Assembly: GCA_000934665.2 (NCBI GenBank)
Contig: JYFJ02002517.1
Location: forward strand, 1 to 55,501
DNA: 55,501 bases
Source of the DNA: Catajapyx aquilonaris
Taxonomy: Eukaryota
Direction: 5' to 3'
Made by a program: the position numbers and the translations under genes. Below, in pieces: positions 35,268 through 47,400 of this stretch (position 1 is the stretch's first letter; each line of letters starts with the position of its first letter). The notes below the pieces were generated by a model. It saw only the letters and a program-made list of their open reading frames with translations, made no database searches and had not been told where the DNA came from.

Positions 35268-37017
35268 ATGGTGCACCAGAAGCAGTCCCGTGGGTTCACC
35301 AGGGAGGAGGAGCTGCTCCTGCAGGACTTCAGCAGGGACGTCTCCACCAAATCGTCCGCACTCTTCTACGGAAATGCATTCATCGTATCGGCCATTCCAA
35401 TATGTAATAATTAATTTAAGGCTTTCTTTTAGTTCAGTTTTTTTTAAATTAAATGCCAATTAAATAATATTAATAAGGGCAAGTTACGCTGCATGACTAA
35501 TAAGTAAGTTTGCCACAAGTGTAATGAGAAAATTCATATACCGAGTACTGTATGTGTTCATTTTTGGCTGCTTACTAATTAACTTAATTAATTAATTAAT
35601 GAAAAGGCTAATTAGAATGTGTGCATTTTCAGGGCTGTTCTGGCGCATACACATGATGGACCTCCAGGCGTCGGCCATCCTTTTTGTAATTGTGACGTTG
35701 GTCAGCACCTACTTGGTTGCGTTTGCGTACCGAAATACCAAGTTCATCCTCAAGCACAAGGTTTGTGTTTGGAAATTAGTTCAAAAGTACATTTTATGAT
35801 ATGCCATATAAAGTTCCGACATAACCATTTCCCCCCCTATTAATTACACGTAAAGGTGCGTTTACATGTGAGCAATGTCATCGGCGAGCGATGAATGTGA
35901 AAGTAACAATCGATTTACGCTTCAAACAATACTGGTTACTTTGGTTACGCACCAATGTTATTGCTGGCGATGGCATAGCGCAATCAAATTGGTGACATGT
36001 AAACGCACAATTTTCGTCGTAACCATAGTTAATCATTAGTAACTATGGTTACAACTGGTTACGACGAAAATTTGACTTACGACATTTGATGAATCCACCC
36101 CCTGGTGCAAGTGAGAAAATTAATCGTCGCATGCCGTAACACGCAATTGAAGAACATTGTCTTTATGTGATCTCGACTTACAGGTGGCCGTAAAGCGCGA
36201 GGAGGCGGTGACGATGGAGATCAACAAGAAGATGGCAGAGGACAAGAGAATGAGCCGAAAGGAGAAGGACGAGCGGATTCTGTGGAAGAAGAATGAGGTC
36301 GCTGACTACGAGTCCACCACTTTCTCCATCTTCTACAACAATGCACTCTTCCTGGCTCTCATTATTGTTGCCAGCTTCTACCTTCTGAAGTCCTTCTCGC
36401 CTGCTGTGTATCCTTTTTATGGGAATTTTGGTGTAGGCATAAGGGTAAAGTGGGTCCTAGATTAACTGAGTCAAACTTTCATCATGTTCATAGATGTTGA
36501 TCAGAATCCCTGCAATATGCATGCATGTTTTGGTCACAGGTACAGCGCAGGAAAGAAACGACGATCTGACGTCATCATTTTGTTCACATGCAACAATAGG
36601 CGTAAACTGTTGTTTTTGTTGACACTGTTTACTCTTATTTTTGTGTGGCGATGACGTCATATCGTCGTTTCATTTTCCACGCAGTATATTATGCTAATTA
36701 ATTCCTTACACAAATTGGTGCCAAAATGGACAAGTACAGCATTATCTCCTTCCAGTTTTCTCTTTGGAGGCTGTAATTGTATTTTCAACGCAAGAGATTT
36801 TTATAGCAAAATCTACATGGTCGAGAGATCATTTTCAGTGAAAAAGTCAGATTGCGACCTTTACGGTACTCTATTGTGTATTAATCACTGCTAGGTTGAG
36901 CTAAATGTCAGTCATGCAATTATACCTTGGCTTCCTTAACACATTATCAGTAATTACGTGTTGTCTGTTGGCTCTGCTGGTGGTCTGCTGGCGCTACTAT
37001 CGACTGGAACAAAATAA
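35268..37017 (+). CDS. SSR3: Translocon-associated protein subunit gamma (TRAP-gamma); exons 35268-35403, 35633-35760, 36184-36407, 36951-37017
   Basis: [80 protein letters not shown], and final exon [22 protein letters not shown]. Confidence 0.96.
35855..36103. mobile_element. Harbinger-type MITE plus adjacent palindromic MITE fragment in SSR3 intron 2
   Basis: TAA-A-GGTGCGTTTACATGT ... ACATGTAAACGCAC (35855-36008), followed by AATTTTCGTCGTAACCA ... TGGTTACGACGAAAATT and a GATGAATCCACCCC end. Confidence 0.6.
36408..36950 (+). other. U12-type (minor spliceosome) GT-AG intron of SSR3
   Basis: 5' site GTATCCTTT at 36408, branch point TTCCTTAAC at 36932-36940, AG 10 nt later, no polypyrimidine tract. 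Splicing restores the conserved C-terminus. Confidence 0.93.
36541..36686. mobile_element. TA-bounded MITE inside the U12 intron
   Basis: TACAGCGCAGGAAAGAAACGACGATCTGACGTCATC is an imperfect inverted repeat of GATGACGTCATATCGTCGTTTCATTTTCCACGCAGTA. Confidence 0.6.
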
Positions 37018-38426
37018 TTTCTTTTGTATGGAAAAAAATAATAATTTGGCGGCAATAAACACCGCCACGATAATATTCAACAATCCAGAAATTCCTTTTC
37101 TCTTTAATTCTACAATATTTTTTTTCATAGGTGCTGTTGGGAGGGGATGAGGAATTGCCTCGGTTTCTGCTTTTTTTTTTGCGGATGCACAGAAAATAGA
37201 CTGTCATTTTGAATTCCTGGAGAAAGCTTGAACAGTGCGTAATTTTTTTAAATACAGAAGTGCTTTTGGAGGTGATGAAAAAAATAAGCGTAGTATGCAG
37301 TTTTATGGTACTTACAGCCAATAAATGGTTGTGTATTTTTTTTTTCAATAGCATGGGAGTGGAAACACTTGTTTTTTGGTCCAAAAAAAAACTGCTTAAC
37401 AAAACTACACACAACACGAAGAGCATTATCATATCATTACGTCTCTTTACACACACTTTTTTTTTTCCTTTTGTCATAAAATCATCGATTGACTTCCCAA
37501 AAAGCAAAGACTCTTGTCATGTGCAGAACTTTTTGTCACAAGTTCGCGAATAAATAGCATGTACATAAAACATCACTTTAAAAAAAAAGAGAGAGCAAAA
37601 AAAAACTTTAAAAAATTGGGAACAAAACAAATTTACATTGATTGATGGTATCTCGCAAAGGGTACAAAAAAATGTCCTGAACACACTTGACACTTATATG
37701 TGTGGGAAGGGTGGGAAGGAGAGGTAGGATACGTGCATAGGGAGATATGTCACTTTTTTTTATTTTGGAATGTTTAGTATAACTGGTGAGGGAGGCTATT
37801 GTCACGTTTTACTTTTTTTTTTTCGGTCTGTCAAAATAATAATAATTTTTTTTTCTCTCCCCGAGTCCTGCACCACCAGTGAGATAAAGAGAGCTAATTC
37901 GTACCACATTCTTGCTCATCAGTCACTGTCAGTTGCCGACAAGTACTGTCATCACCGTTCATACCATACGCAGTGTACAGGGTGAGCCTTATTGCCAGCT
38001 TGTTTTTGAATCTTTTGATTGACTTACCAAGAGATCTTTTGAGAATGTTTTCAGGCACAGAATTTCATTGACTGTGAGATTCAGTGGATGTTATTGAAGC
38101 TGGTACCGAGAATTATTTCCGACTCACCTTGTACATGATCATTGTTACAAGCGACTGCACTTATTGTTACAACGACTGAGCTCTTTGTAATTATTTTGCG
38201 ACTGGGCAAAAAAATTGACGAACTTTTTTTTCTCTTCCACGACCGTTAGAAACAATTTGGTTACAGGTGTACCAATGACCTCAGATCCTTTCTGTAGATG
38301 CAGTACTGCCAAAAAAAAACGTTACCACCGGCAACGCTAGCGTACTTGCGACCACTGTACATGCGGAACTGTCACTCGACCCAAACCTTCTTTCTGAACA
38401 AATCACTGTCCACCTCCTTCCACTTG

Positions 38427-41400
38427 TCAAACAGGCGTGACAGTTATGGCCTCAATGTCACTGTTGGACTTGACCCTTCTGTGCTTGTCTGAGGAGGCCA
38501 CAGAAGCAGCGGAAGTTGCTCCTGAGGCCACCGAGGAGGAGGAGGAGTCTCCGGGAGGAGAGTAAGCCGAAGCAGCTGCAGAGACACTCCCAGACTGTGA
38601 GTGGACTGGTGCTGCGGCTGACCTCGGCCTTTCCAGGGTCCCGTAATGGCTGTTTTGCGACTCGTATCCAGGAGACCTCGCGTACTCCTGCTGTTGGCGC
38701 TGCAGCTCCTGCTTCACTTTCAACCCCAGTGCCCTGCTTAGCGAGCCCTGCAACAAAACAATGTCTTAGCCCACTGCTAAAAATACCGAATTGCAAAAAA
38801 TCCCCCACAGGCAAATGTACCTGTGAACTTCTCCATGAGGCAAACTACAAAGAGGACAAGCAAAAAAGTTGTGTGACAAACAAGACAAAATGCCCAAATT
38901 TCGCTACACACATGCAAACACTACGTTTCGGTTTAATCTATCGACTAGTCATGATATCAGAGAGACGTAGAAGAGTATAAATAGAAACAAAAAATTTTCA
39001 CTACATGAGAGGAAGAAAATGCCAACCTTTTTTGTGAAAAGGAGGCTGCTTGCCTTGTTTAAGGGAGTTCCCATTGAGTAAGAAGAGAGAGAATCAGTTT
39101 GAGGTATATAATATACAAAGAAAAAGAGCTCGCATCTCTCACAATCTCTCTCGCTCGCTTTCTCTCTTTTTAAGTTGTTAATATTGTTTTGCTTTTTTTT
39201 CGGGGAGGAAATATCCACAGGCAGTTCATACAACACTCACAGTACACAAAACAATCTTTGTGGCAAGGGGGCGGAAAACATTACGATGCAAAAAAGTGTG
39301 TCAAATAGTGCAAATATGTCATCAATATACCAAAAAGAACATGCAAAGAAATTCAATACAGTGTGATTTACCTACAAGGGTTTAGGGAGAAACACTGCAC
39401 AACGATACCTTTTCATTAATTATTTTTCTTTTGCAAAAAGTGTTGCGACTAACTCGAACTGAATAATTTCACATGTGGCGAAAAGTTTTGAGCTAGTCAT
39501 AACACTTTTAAAACATACAAAGGTATCAATCCCATACTTCTTATTAGAATACAACTACCATCTATCAAATTATTATTTTTTCACCCTGGATAAACGGTAT
39601 CACCCCTCAAAGATAAAAATGATGGGCGTCCTTACTCTAAGGCTGGACCGGCGCTTATCGGCCTTGGAAGAAGTGCTGGCTGACGACGAGTCCCCCCCTC
39701 CCGCAACTGCCCCACCACTCACTACCCCTCTTTCCCTGTCCCTCTCCTGCAGCCCACTGGCGTACGACCTGGAGAAGCTGCGGCCAAGGCTGCCCCCTCC
39801 TGCCAGCTTCTCCGCTCGCTTTCTCTCCGTCCTCGATATCCGCATCTGGTGCTCTAGTGAAGCTCTGCAACCAGGGAAGGAATCAGATGCAAATTATTTG
39901 TGCAGAGCAACGATGGCACAGAAAGGAGGGGCAAAAAAAAAATAAAGTCTCGTGAGGGTTTAGGGGAGACATATCTAACTTGGCATGTACAGGGTGAGTC
40001 ACTCGTTGCCATGTCATTTCCTACTGAAATGTCTTACTTTTTGAAGGCAGTCACTCACCATGTAATTGTCACTACCATCATGCATGAGCACCCTTCCACA
40101 TATGCATGCGCACCATGAGTCAGTCGCACACACACACACATCCACACACGCATTCAGCAAGAGTGATTTAGCGTGATTATGTGGTGCATATTTTTTTCAA
40201 TATCAAAAATCGAGCTGCGCACATCACATGCATTCATCGGAGCGCAAAAAAAATTTTAACTCTCTTTTTTTTTTTTGACATGCAGACGTGAAAATGTTGG
40301 AAGAGTGTGTGTTGTGAAGAAATAGGTTATTTTTTTAATTTTATTTTTCATAGCTAATAAAAACACGGTGGAAGAAAAAGACAAACCTTCCATGAGTAAA
40401 TGCCTGAAAGTATATTCAAACAGCACGAGAGAAAAGAGAAAGTAAAAACTACCGTAAGACATCATGGACGTGACAATAAATCCGGGAATTAGTACAACAA
40501 CTTAAACACAAGACAAATGGTATAAAAAACACAGCACTTGTACTATATAATTGGTTTCAACGCCTAATTGTGACCAAATTACGTTTCTCAACAAATGTGA
40601 GAGTGGTAATAATAACAAGACTACTAACCAAGTGTGCAGCATGATCTCTCAAAGTGCTTGCTAATAAAACTTTCACCTTATCAAAAAACAGAACTAGCAA
40701 TTTAAAAAAAAAAATGACCATCCAACCCAGCCACTGGCAGTCAGTGAAAAAATTGAAGGAAAAGTGAACGAGTGTGAAACTAACCTGGCGGGCTGCACCA
40801 ACCCTTCCAGTTCCGTAGTGAGATGTCTCCTGATGATGTTCTTGGAAGGTGGAATTCCCAGAGCGGTGGCCATGGTGTCGCCGTTGAAGCTTGGCTCCAG
40901 AACCACCAGGGCCCCATGAACACCACTGTCTGCTAGACAGGGGGGGATGGTCATGTCCGTTAGGTTTGGTCCTTTTGTTTGCCGAAAAGTGTCAGCTAGG
41001 CGATAAAATATGGACTCACCTTTGAGGTTGTCTGCATACTCTCCTAAATCGATTGTCTTTGCCCACTTTATGAACCTCTGGTTGGTCCATACGAGAGGGT
41101 CTGAGTCTGCATGTTCACACTGTCGCCTCCTTTCGGCCAATGCCTTTGGAAAGAACGAAACATTCAGTAACCGTGATTTGAACACCGTTTAATTACTGGG
41201 GTAGTGAACGCACCTGCCGATCGTACTTCATCATTCTGAGCAGGTGAATCCCATGCACTATGGAAGCTTGGTGAAACTTCCTGGTGACCCCAAGGTACTT
41301 CTCAAGTTCCTTCTTGCTGAGGTGATCCAACAACCTCGCATCCACTAGACTGGCAGTAAAACTGTCCGCATACTGGGGCAGTCCGATGTCCGGGAGCCAT

Positions 41401-44400
41401 TCGCTGGCCACCCAAACGTGGCCAAGTTCCCCTATCCTGGGGAAGCGAATCAGGGCCGGGTTCCGATGCTCCTCAATGGCCAGCCTTAGCTTCTTCCGGT
41501 GCATCGGATGGGCTATGCCAAGACCGGCTTCCAGGTCTGAATCGGATAGTTCCAGCAGCACTTTCCCGCTCTTGATGTTCTCTGCGCAGCACAGGCCGTA
41601 TTGGGGCATGCCCAAGGTGATCTCGAGCCAGGCCAGGACCGTGGCTGCCTTCCACCGCTCCATTGGGATCAAGGAAGCCTCCTCTAGCAAGCGCAGCTTC
41701 TCCGTATAACTCTCCTCCGTCAGAGGAGATGCACAGAGGGAGCTCTGGGGGGACCAGCTACTGCGCTTCTCCCCTTCACCTGACATCAACCAAACATTAA
41801 TGTAGACAAGAACATCCCAAAGGGGAATGAATGCACTTTCTCACCATCATATCCACTCGACTCGACGTTTTTCCTGTGTCTGCTTCGTGCAAACACTCTG
41901 GAGATGCTCCCCCAGGTGCTTCCCTTGCTTCCAAGGCGTCGGTGGCTCTTCTTCCGGTACTCCAGGCTCTCTGTCACGTTGCAGAGGTGCTCGGCAGACC
42001 TGCTCAAAAAATTAAAAGCACTATGAAATAACTGAACAAAAAACGCAGAAAAGCTTGTGGTACCTTGACAGAACTCCATGGTCTGTGGCCCTAGACATGA
42101 CACTGAAGTTGAGTGGTGACAGTGACGGACTGTCCTTTGGTGTGTTTGTAGCTGTAAAAATAATTTAGTTCAAAAGTCATTACACTGAAAGAGTCTTTCT
42201 GTTGTACAGGGGGTTCAGGAAGCGGCTAATTTGATTTATAGAAATTTCTACAATTTAAAACCTCATTCAAAACATTTTAAAACCTGAGAAGCAGTGTATG
42301 CTGCAAATATTTGTTAGCCACTCACTGAATCCACCACATCATACAGCAAGAGACATGTTCAGGCAAATGCAACCTTTACGATGCAATCCGCAACACCTCG
42401 TATGTTATTAGAATGCTGCAAAATCCCATTTAAAAATGTTACCGCCTTAAACCATGATCACACATGCAATACATCTGAAAAACAATGTACGTGTGAGACG
42501 TGCAATGTGAAATGGAGAGACAGCACAGAAAGGAACATAATAGAGCCAAAACATACATGCAAACATATGTGTAGCAGTGATGGAAGAAACCATAGAGACT
42601 GAGTCCGCATCTATACCAGTGTCATCTACTGTGATAGTGGGAGCACCTAAAATGGAATAAAGTTGTCAATAATTACTGATGTCATTGTGAAAATTTTGTT
42701 TCTTGATCCACGTTCGTTTTAAAAAGAAAATAGTCGGGAAGGAGCGGAGTCCCACTCAGCTTCATTGCGTACCAGCAGTGTGAGTAATCTTACCAAAATT
42801 ATGACCAATCATACGTGACATCAACTCACTTTCTGTTCGATAAGATCACGGTCTTATAATACTCGGATAAGAGCAATGTGCATTGTGCAGAAACAGTGTG
42901 GAAAAAAAAATTGTGAGTTTTAACACCTGCCCATCTCGTGAGTGGTGACGATTGCAAAAACAATATCTGAAGCAACTATCAGCAAAAAACAACAACCCAG
43001 CAGTGATAAAAAGGGAACTTTTCTACAGTGTGGGCAACATTCGGGGGAAGAAGCTGTGCGCCTTGGGGGAAAAAAAACAAAAACTATCAGATTAGAAACA
43101 TGAACTCTCACCATCAGTGGTGCAGTCTGATATGTTTCCCCCACCCGAATTCCTGCTGGACTCCCTGTCGGACCCAATCCTGACTCCTGAATCCACGCTG
43201 CTGCCATGGTCCGTGTGCCCATGTGGTCCGAGGCTGTTCATCGGTGTCAATGTGCTGGGGGTAGATGGTCCATTTAGCTTGGAAGACACACTCAGGGTAT
43301 CTTGGTCCGAATAGTAGCCCAGCTGGGCCAGCTGTCTTCTTGCCTGCAAATGAATTGACGGTTCATGAATGAAGAATACATGCATAATGCTCATGTAATT
43401 TTTGCTTAATCCTGTATTTTTGTTTCAAATAATGGATTTGTTCAGTGAGCAGAATGACTGCGTTACAGGCTTTGCATATTTTTTACAGTGGGACATCTGG
43501 AAAAAAATAGTATTAATTAGCATAAGACTTACATCCAGGAGCTCGTCCTGTAGTTGCTTGAGCTGAGCTTCCCGCAGGTTGAGCTGTGCAGAGAGAGACA
43601 AGGAGCGCTCTGCTTCATCTCTGGCATGCTTAAGTATGGTCCACTTCTCCCTTTCGGTCTCATCCCGTTCAACTGCTAGCTGACGGAGTGACTCGTCACT
43701 CTCCTTCATGCGCTGGAAATCAAAGAGTACATGAGTTGAGCTGATCATAGGCAGCCAATCTAATCATCTTGGGGACTGGTGTCCATCACTTTCAATTCCA
43801 CGTTGAAAGCTGTGTGACTTTATCTTCACGAGTGAACAAGCCCACACGCTGTCAGTCACATTGCATTGTGCTACTGACCTGCTCATAGTTCCTGATGAAG
43901 TCTCTCAGCTCCTTCTCCTTGTCTTCCAAGGTGCCATAAAGCTGCTTCATCTGATTTAGGAGATCAAACTTTTCCGCTTTCAAGCGTTTCCTGTCAGCTT
44001 TAAGGGCTGCAAATAGGCAAAAAAAGGCAACTCTTTACAAACAACCCATGATATTACCAAGGCTGCTGACATGCAACTGAACCGTACAACTGCAAGGGCA
44101 TTAATTGGCAATGGCCCTGCAATCACTATAGCCCCCTGCTTTCCAACCCCCATCAAATCAGCGCAATCTGCATACATAAGGTGGGGCAGTTCATCAAGCT
44201 CCATTCTACGGGGGTAAAGTCTATTAAACTGGCTTTGGGTTTAGGAGGACTGGGTTTGGAGGGAAAATCGAGGGCAATTATTCCTTCCACGTATCGATGG
44301 GAAGGGGGGGTAGGACCTTCCCTTTAATGGCGCCGGCGCCTCCTTTCTCATTTCCCACTCCAGGCATTCTCTCTCTCTTTTTTTTCTGTCTCGCTTTTTT

Positions 44401-47400
44401 TCTTCTTCTTTTCAGAGCGTAAAGGGCGAAGAAGGAAACTAATGGTTCCTGAGCTGCTTCATCCTGCAGAGTAATCGTCCGCCGGGGGAGATAGACAAAC
44501 GTGGGTATTGCAACCCGGAGAGACAGAAGGTCCCAGAGAACCCCCCAACATTTTAGGTAGGCGTCGCCGGGCGTCGCATTATCTAGTTTGTCGACGCAGA
44601 AAGCCTTTGCCTTCACGCTACTATAACACCCCCTCTTCGATCCCCTCCTCCTATCGACTACACAGCTTTTCATTAAAGTGTCCTCAGTGTCTATATAAAC
44701 AATGAAGGTGTATGGAGAAGGAGGCAAATTGGTGGGATTATCCCTAAGAGCATGGGAGGAGTTTAATGGAGAGAAAACGAGGGCACATTATCCTTAAAAT
44801 TACAGATTGTTCACACCATCAATAAGTTGGTGTGGTCAACAATATTGTCAATCAGTAGACTTATCGGTCGATAATCATAGCGACTGAAATAGCCCGCCAA
44901 TTTACCTAGTAGTACTATTCTTCACGCACAGATGGCTCGGCCTACCCTTGCAGACTCCTGCCACTCTCATGTTGTGCGAGAGATAATAGAAACACGGACA
45001 AACTTCTGGAACTGAACGATTAGGTAAGGCCTACATTTAAAGAATTTGTTGGTTGCTCCTCTTGTGCTGGAGAGCAATTATGGCAAAAGTGATTTATGGA
45101 AGGCATAGCAGCTGGGAAACCGAGAGATTCGAATGGCTGGGATTTCATATTGAAATTCCGAGGTGGGAGTTAGATTTTCTCTTCCCCAGAAGTCGCCTTT
45201 TGGCCTGCGAAAATTCATGAATCATCCACCACATCGACAAGGTAGGGGGGAGAGAAAGAGACTAAGTAAATCTCTGGCTTGCTTTTTTGGCCAGGAGAGA
45301 TGTGATGCTGAGAGTGCCAGGAGAATGGGATGGAGAGAGGGGGGGGATTCCCATCTTTCTCCAAGTATATATCAAGTGATAGGATTCGAGTTATTGAGGC
45401 GCGCCGGAATAAGGGGGCCCAGGAAATTCCGGAGGGAGGAAAAAGAAAAGGTCTAGTCTCGAAATCCAATCGCGTATAGTAATAGAATCAAAAGGCATCA
45501 ACATGTCTCTCACGTCGATATTAATCCAGGACAGATTCTTCCTCTTTTTCTCGGAATAAAATAATACAGTATATAAAAACTTATTTGCCCTCTTTTTTTC
45601 TCTCTCTCCGTACTTGCGTGTTATGGCTCTGTTGCAGGGGGCCCCCCAATTTGCATGAAAGAAATTAATTCAGTCGGGCTACTTTTTTCCCGATACTCTT
45701 TTACAACGTAATGATACGTTCCCTTTGTAAAACCCATTGGAATGGAACCATGATCGTTAATGGGCCCCCAAAACTCTACCTTTACATCTTAGAAGGGGAA
45801 GAACCCGAAGAACCGAGCCAGGTCACGCAATTCTGCCAATAAAAAGGGGGGTGGAAAGAAGTGGTGTCCTCCCTCCTCCTTACTCGTTTCATAAGAATAA
45901 AAAGAGTATTTGAATTGGTACTGTACCTGCCAAGGCTTCTTTGGCATGCTTGAGCTCAGTCTCCAAGCTTTGTACTTTAGGACGCAGGTTGCCGCCGTCT
46001 TCCATCTGCAGCATGGTCCTGCTGGAGTCTCGATTGCGTCTGAGGTCCTCCACTTCCTTCTGCAGACTTCGGTTGTGCTGCTGGAGCTTCTCATTCTCCT
46101 GGGACAGAGACGACACTCGGTCCATGGCCGACGACGGCGACGTCTGCTCTCCGTCAGTGCCTGCATGGCAAATTGAGCACAAATCTGATTAATTAAACAG
46201 TAAATGTACCAGGCAGCCAACCCGTCAATTACACTCGTCATGTTTCCAGCAGCATCATTGTTACCTTCAGCATCGCTCCAGCACGTGCTGGAATCCATTT
46301 CCAAACTAGGCCCCTCAGCCTCGTCACTCGCGTCGTTACTAATATCATTGTCCAGATTGGCGTCGTCAACCTCCTCCAACGTCCGTGTTAACATCTCCCA
46401 CTCAGGAGATGTCGAGTAACACACCGAGGAATACTCAGTACTCGACTCTTTACTCTCGGTATCCATCAGCTGCCGGATAAATCTCCCAATCAAAAGGGGC
46501 TCCGGATAATATTTGGTCAACGCGTTTCGTCAGCCCTTTTGTCAATCTCAACTACTGCCGAGGTTGTTTACTATCGGGGAAAAGACCTCTTAATGCCACC
46601 GAATGTTGCCAAAACTTCCCCAGGAAGTGCATTCCACCGTGACTGGCGCGGTTTATTGGATAACTCCCCCCCCCCCCAANCCCCCCAACCCAACCCCACC
46701 CAACTATAGTCCCATGCTATCGAGTTTATCGACCACTTTCGGCTGATGATGCGAATTCCACAATATTTAGAAGCCTATAGAGTGCCACTGATTAATACAT
46801 AAACCTCCACCTTATCAACAATAACAGGGACGATGAACTTGTCCGTTTTTTAAAACCCACTCAGTTCACGCAACACTTAGCATTCCATCTGATTTGCTTA
46901 TCAAACATGCATTTAGACCCGTGGAAAACTTATTATTATCCCTACTAATGATTTTGGGAGACCGGTTCAAAATAAACGGGGTTGCCCACATGATACCCCA
47001 ACCGGTGCTATAATAAGGGGAGGGCTATAGAGTACGTCTACCTTTGACTTTTTGCTCGGCAGACGCTTCGTCTCATTAGCTATTCCTACTCTCTCGCAAC
47101 TTGCTTGTGCAAACTCAGTCCATTTCAAAATGGGGAGCTCTAGCCATTTTAACCGCCGCCACTTTCTTTAATTAAAAAAAAAGAAGAAGAAGAAGAGAGC
47201 CTGCACTTGCTGCTTGGATGGAACGTTTTCCTTATACCGTTTGATCAGCCTCGGTAAAAGTACCTGAAGTTCGGAGAGCTCCAACAGAATTGTTCAAAGG
47301 TACTCTGGACAGAAGCTATATATTTACTCTAAGTGAAGTAACGTTTGTTGTAACGGTCTATGAAATGTTAGATATGCAAACAAGTATCTCATCCGGATAT

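Noticed and set aside
36947..37985. ORFs of up to 186 aa between SSR3 and kazrin
   Set aside because: Low-complexity K/F-rich translations of AT-rich 3' UTR sequence.
38921..38970. Hammerhead-ribozyme-like arrangement on the minus strand (CTACGTC...CTGATAT...CGAAACGTAG)
   Set aside because: The core reads CUGAUAU, not CUGANGA; stem I is absent and stem II is not convincing.
46665..46702. Poly-C tract containing an N
   Set aside because: Homopolymer with an ambiguous base; likely sequencing uncertainty rather than a feature.
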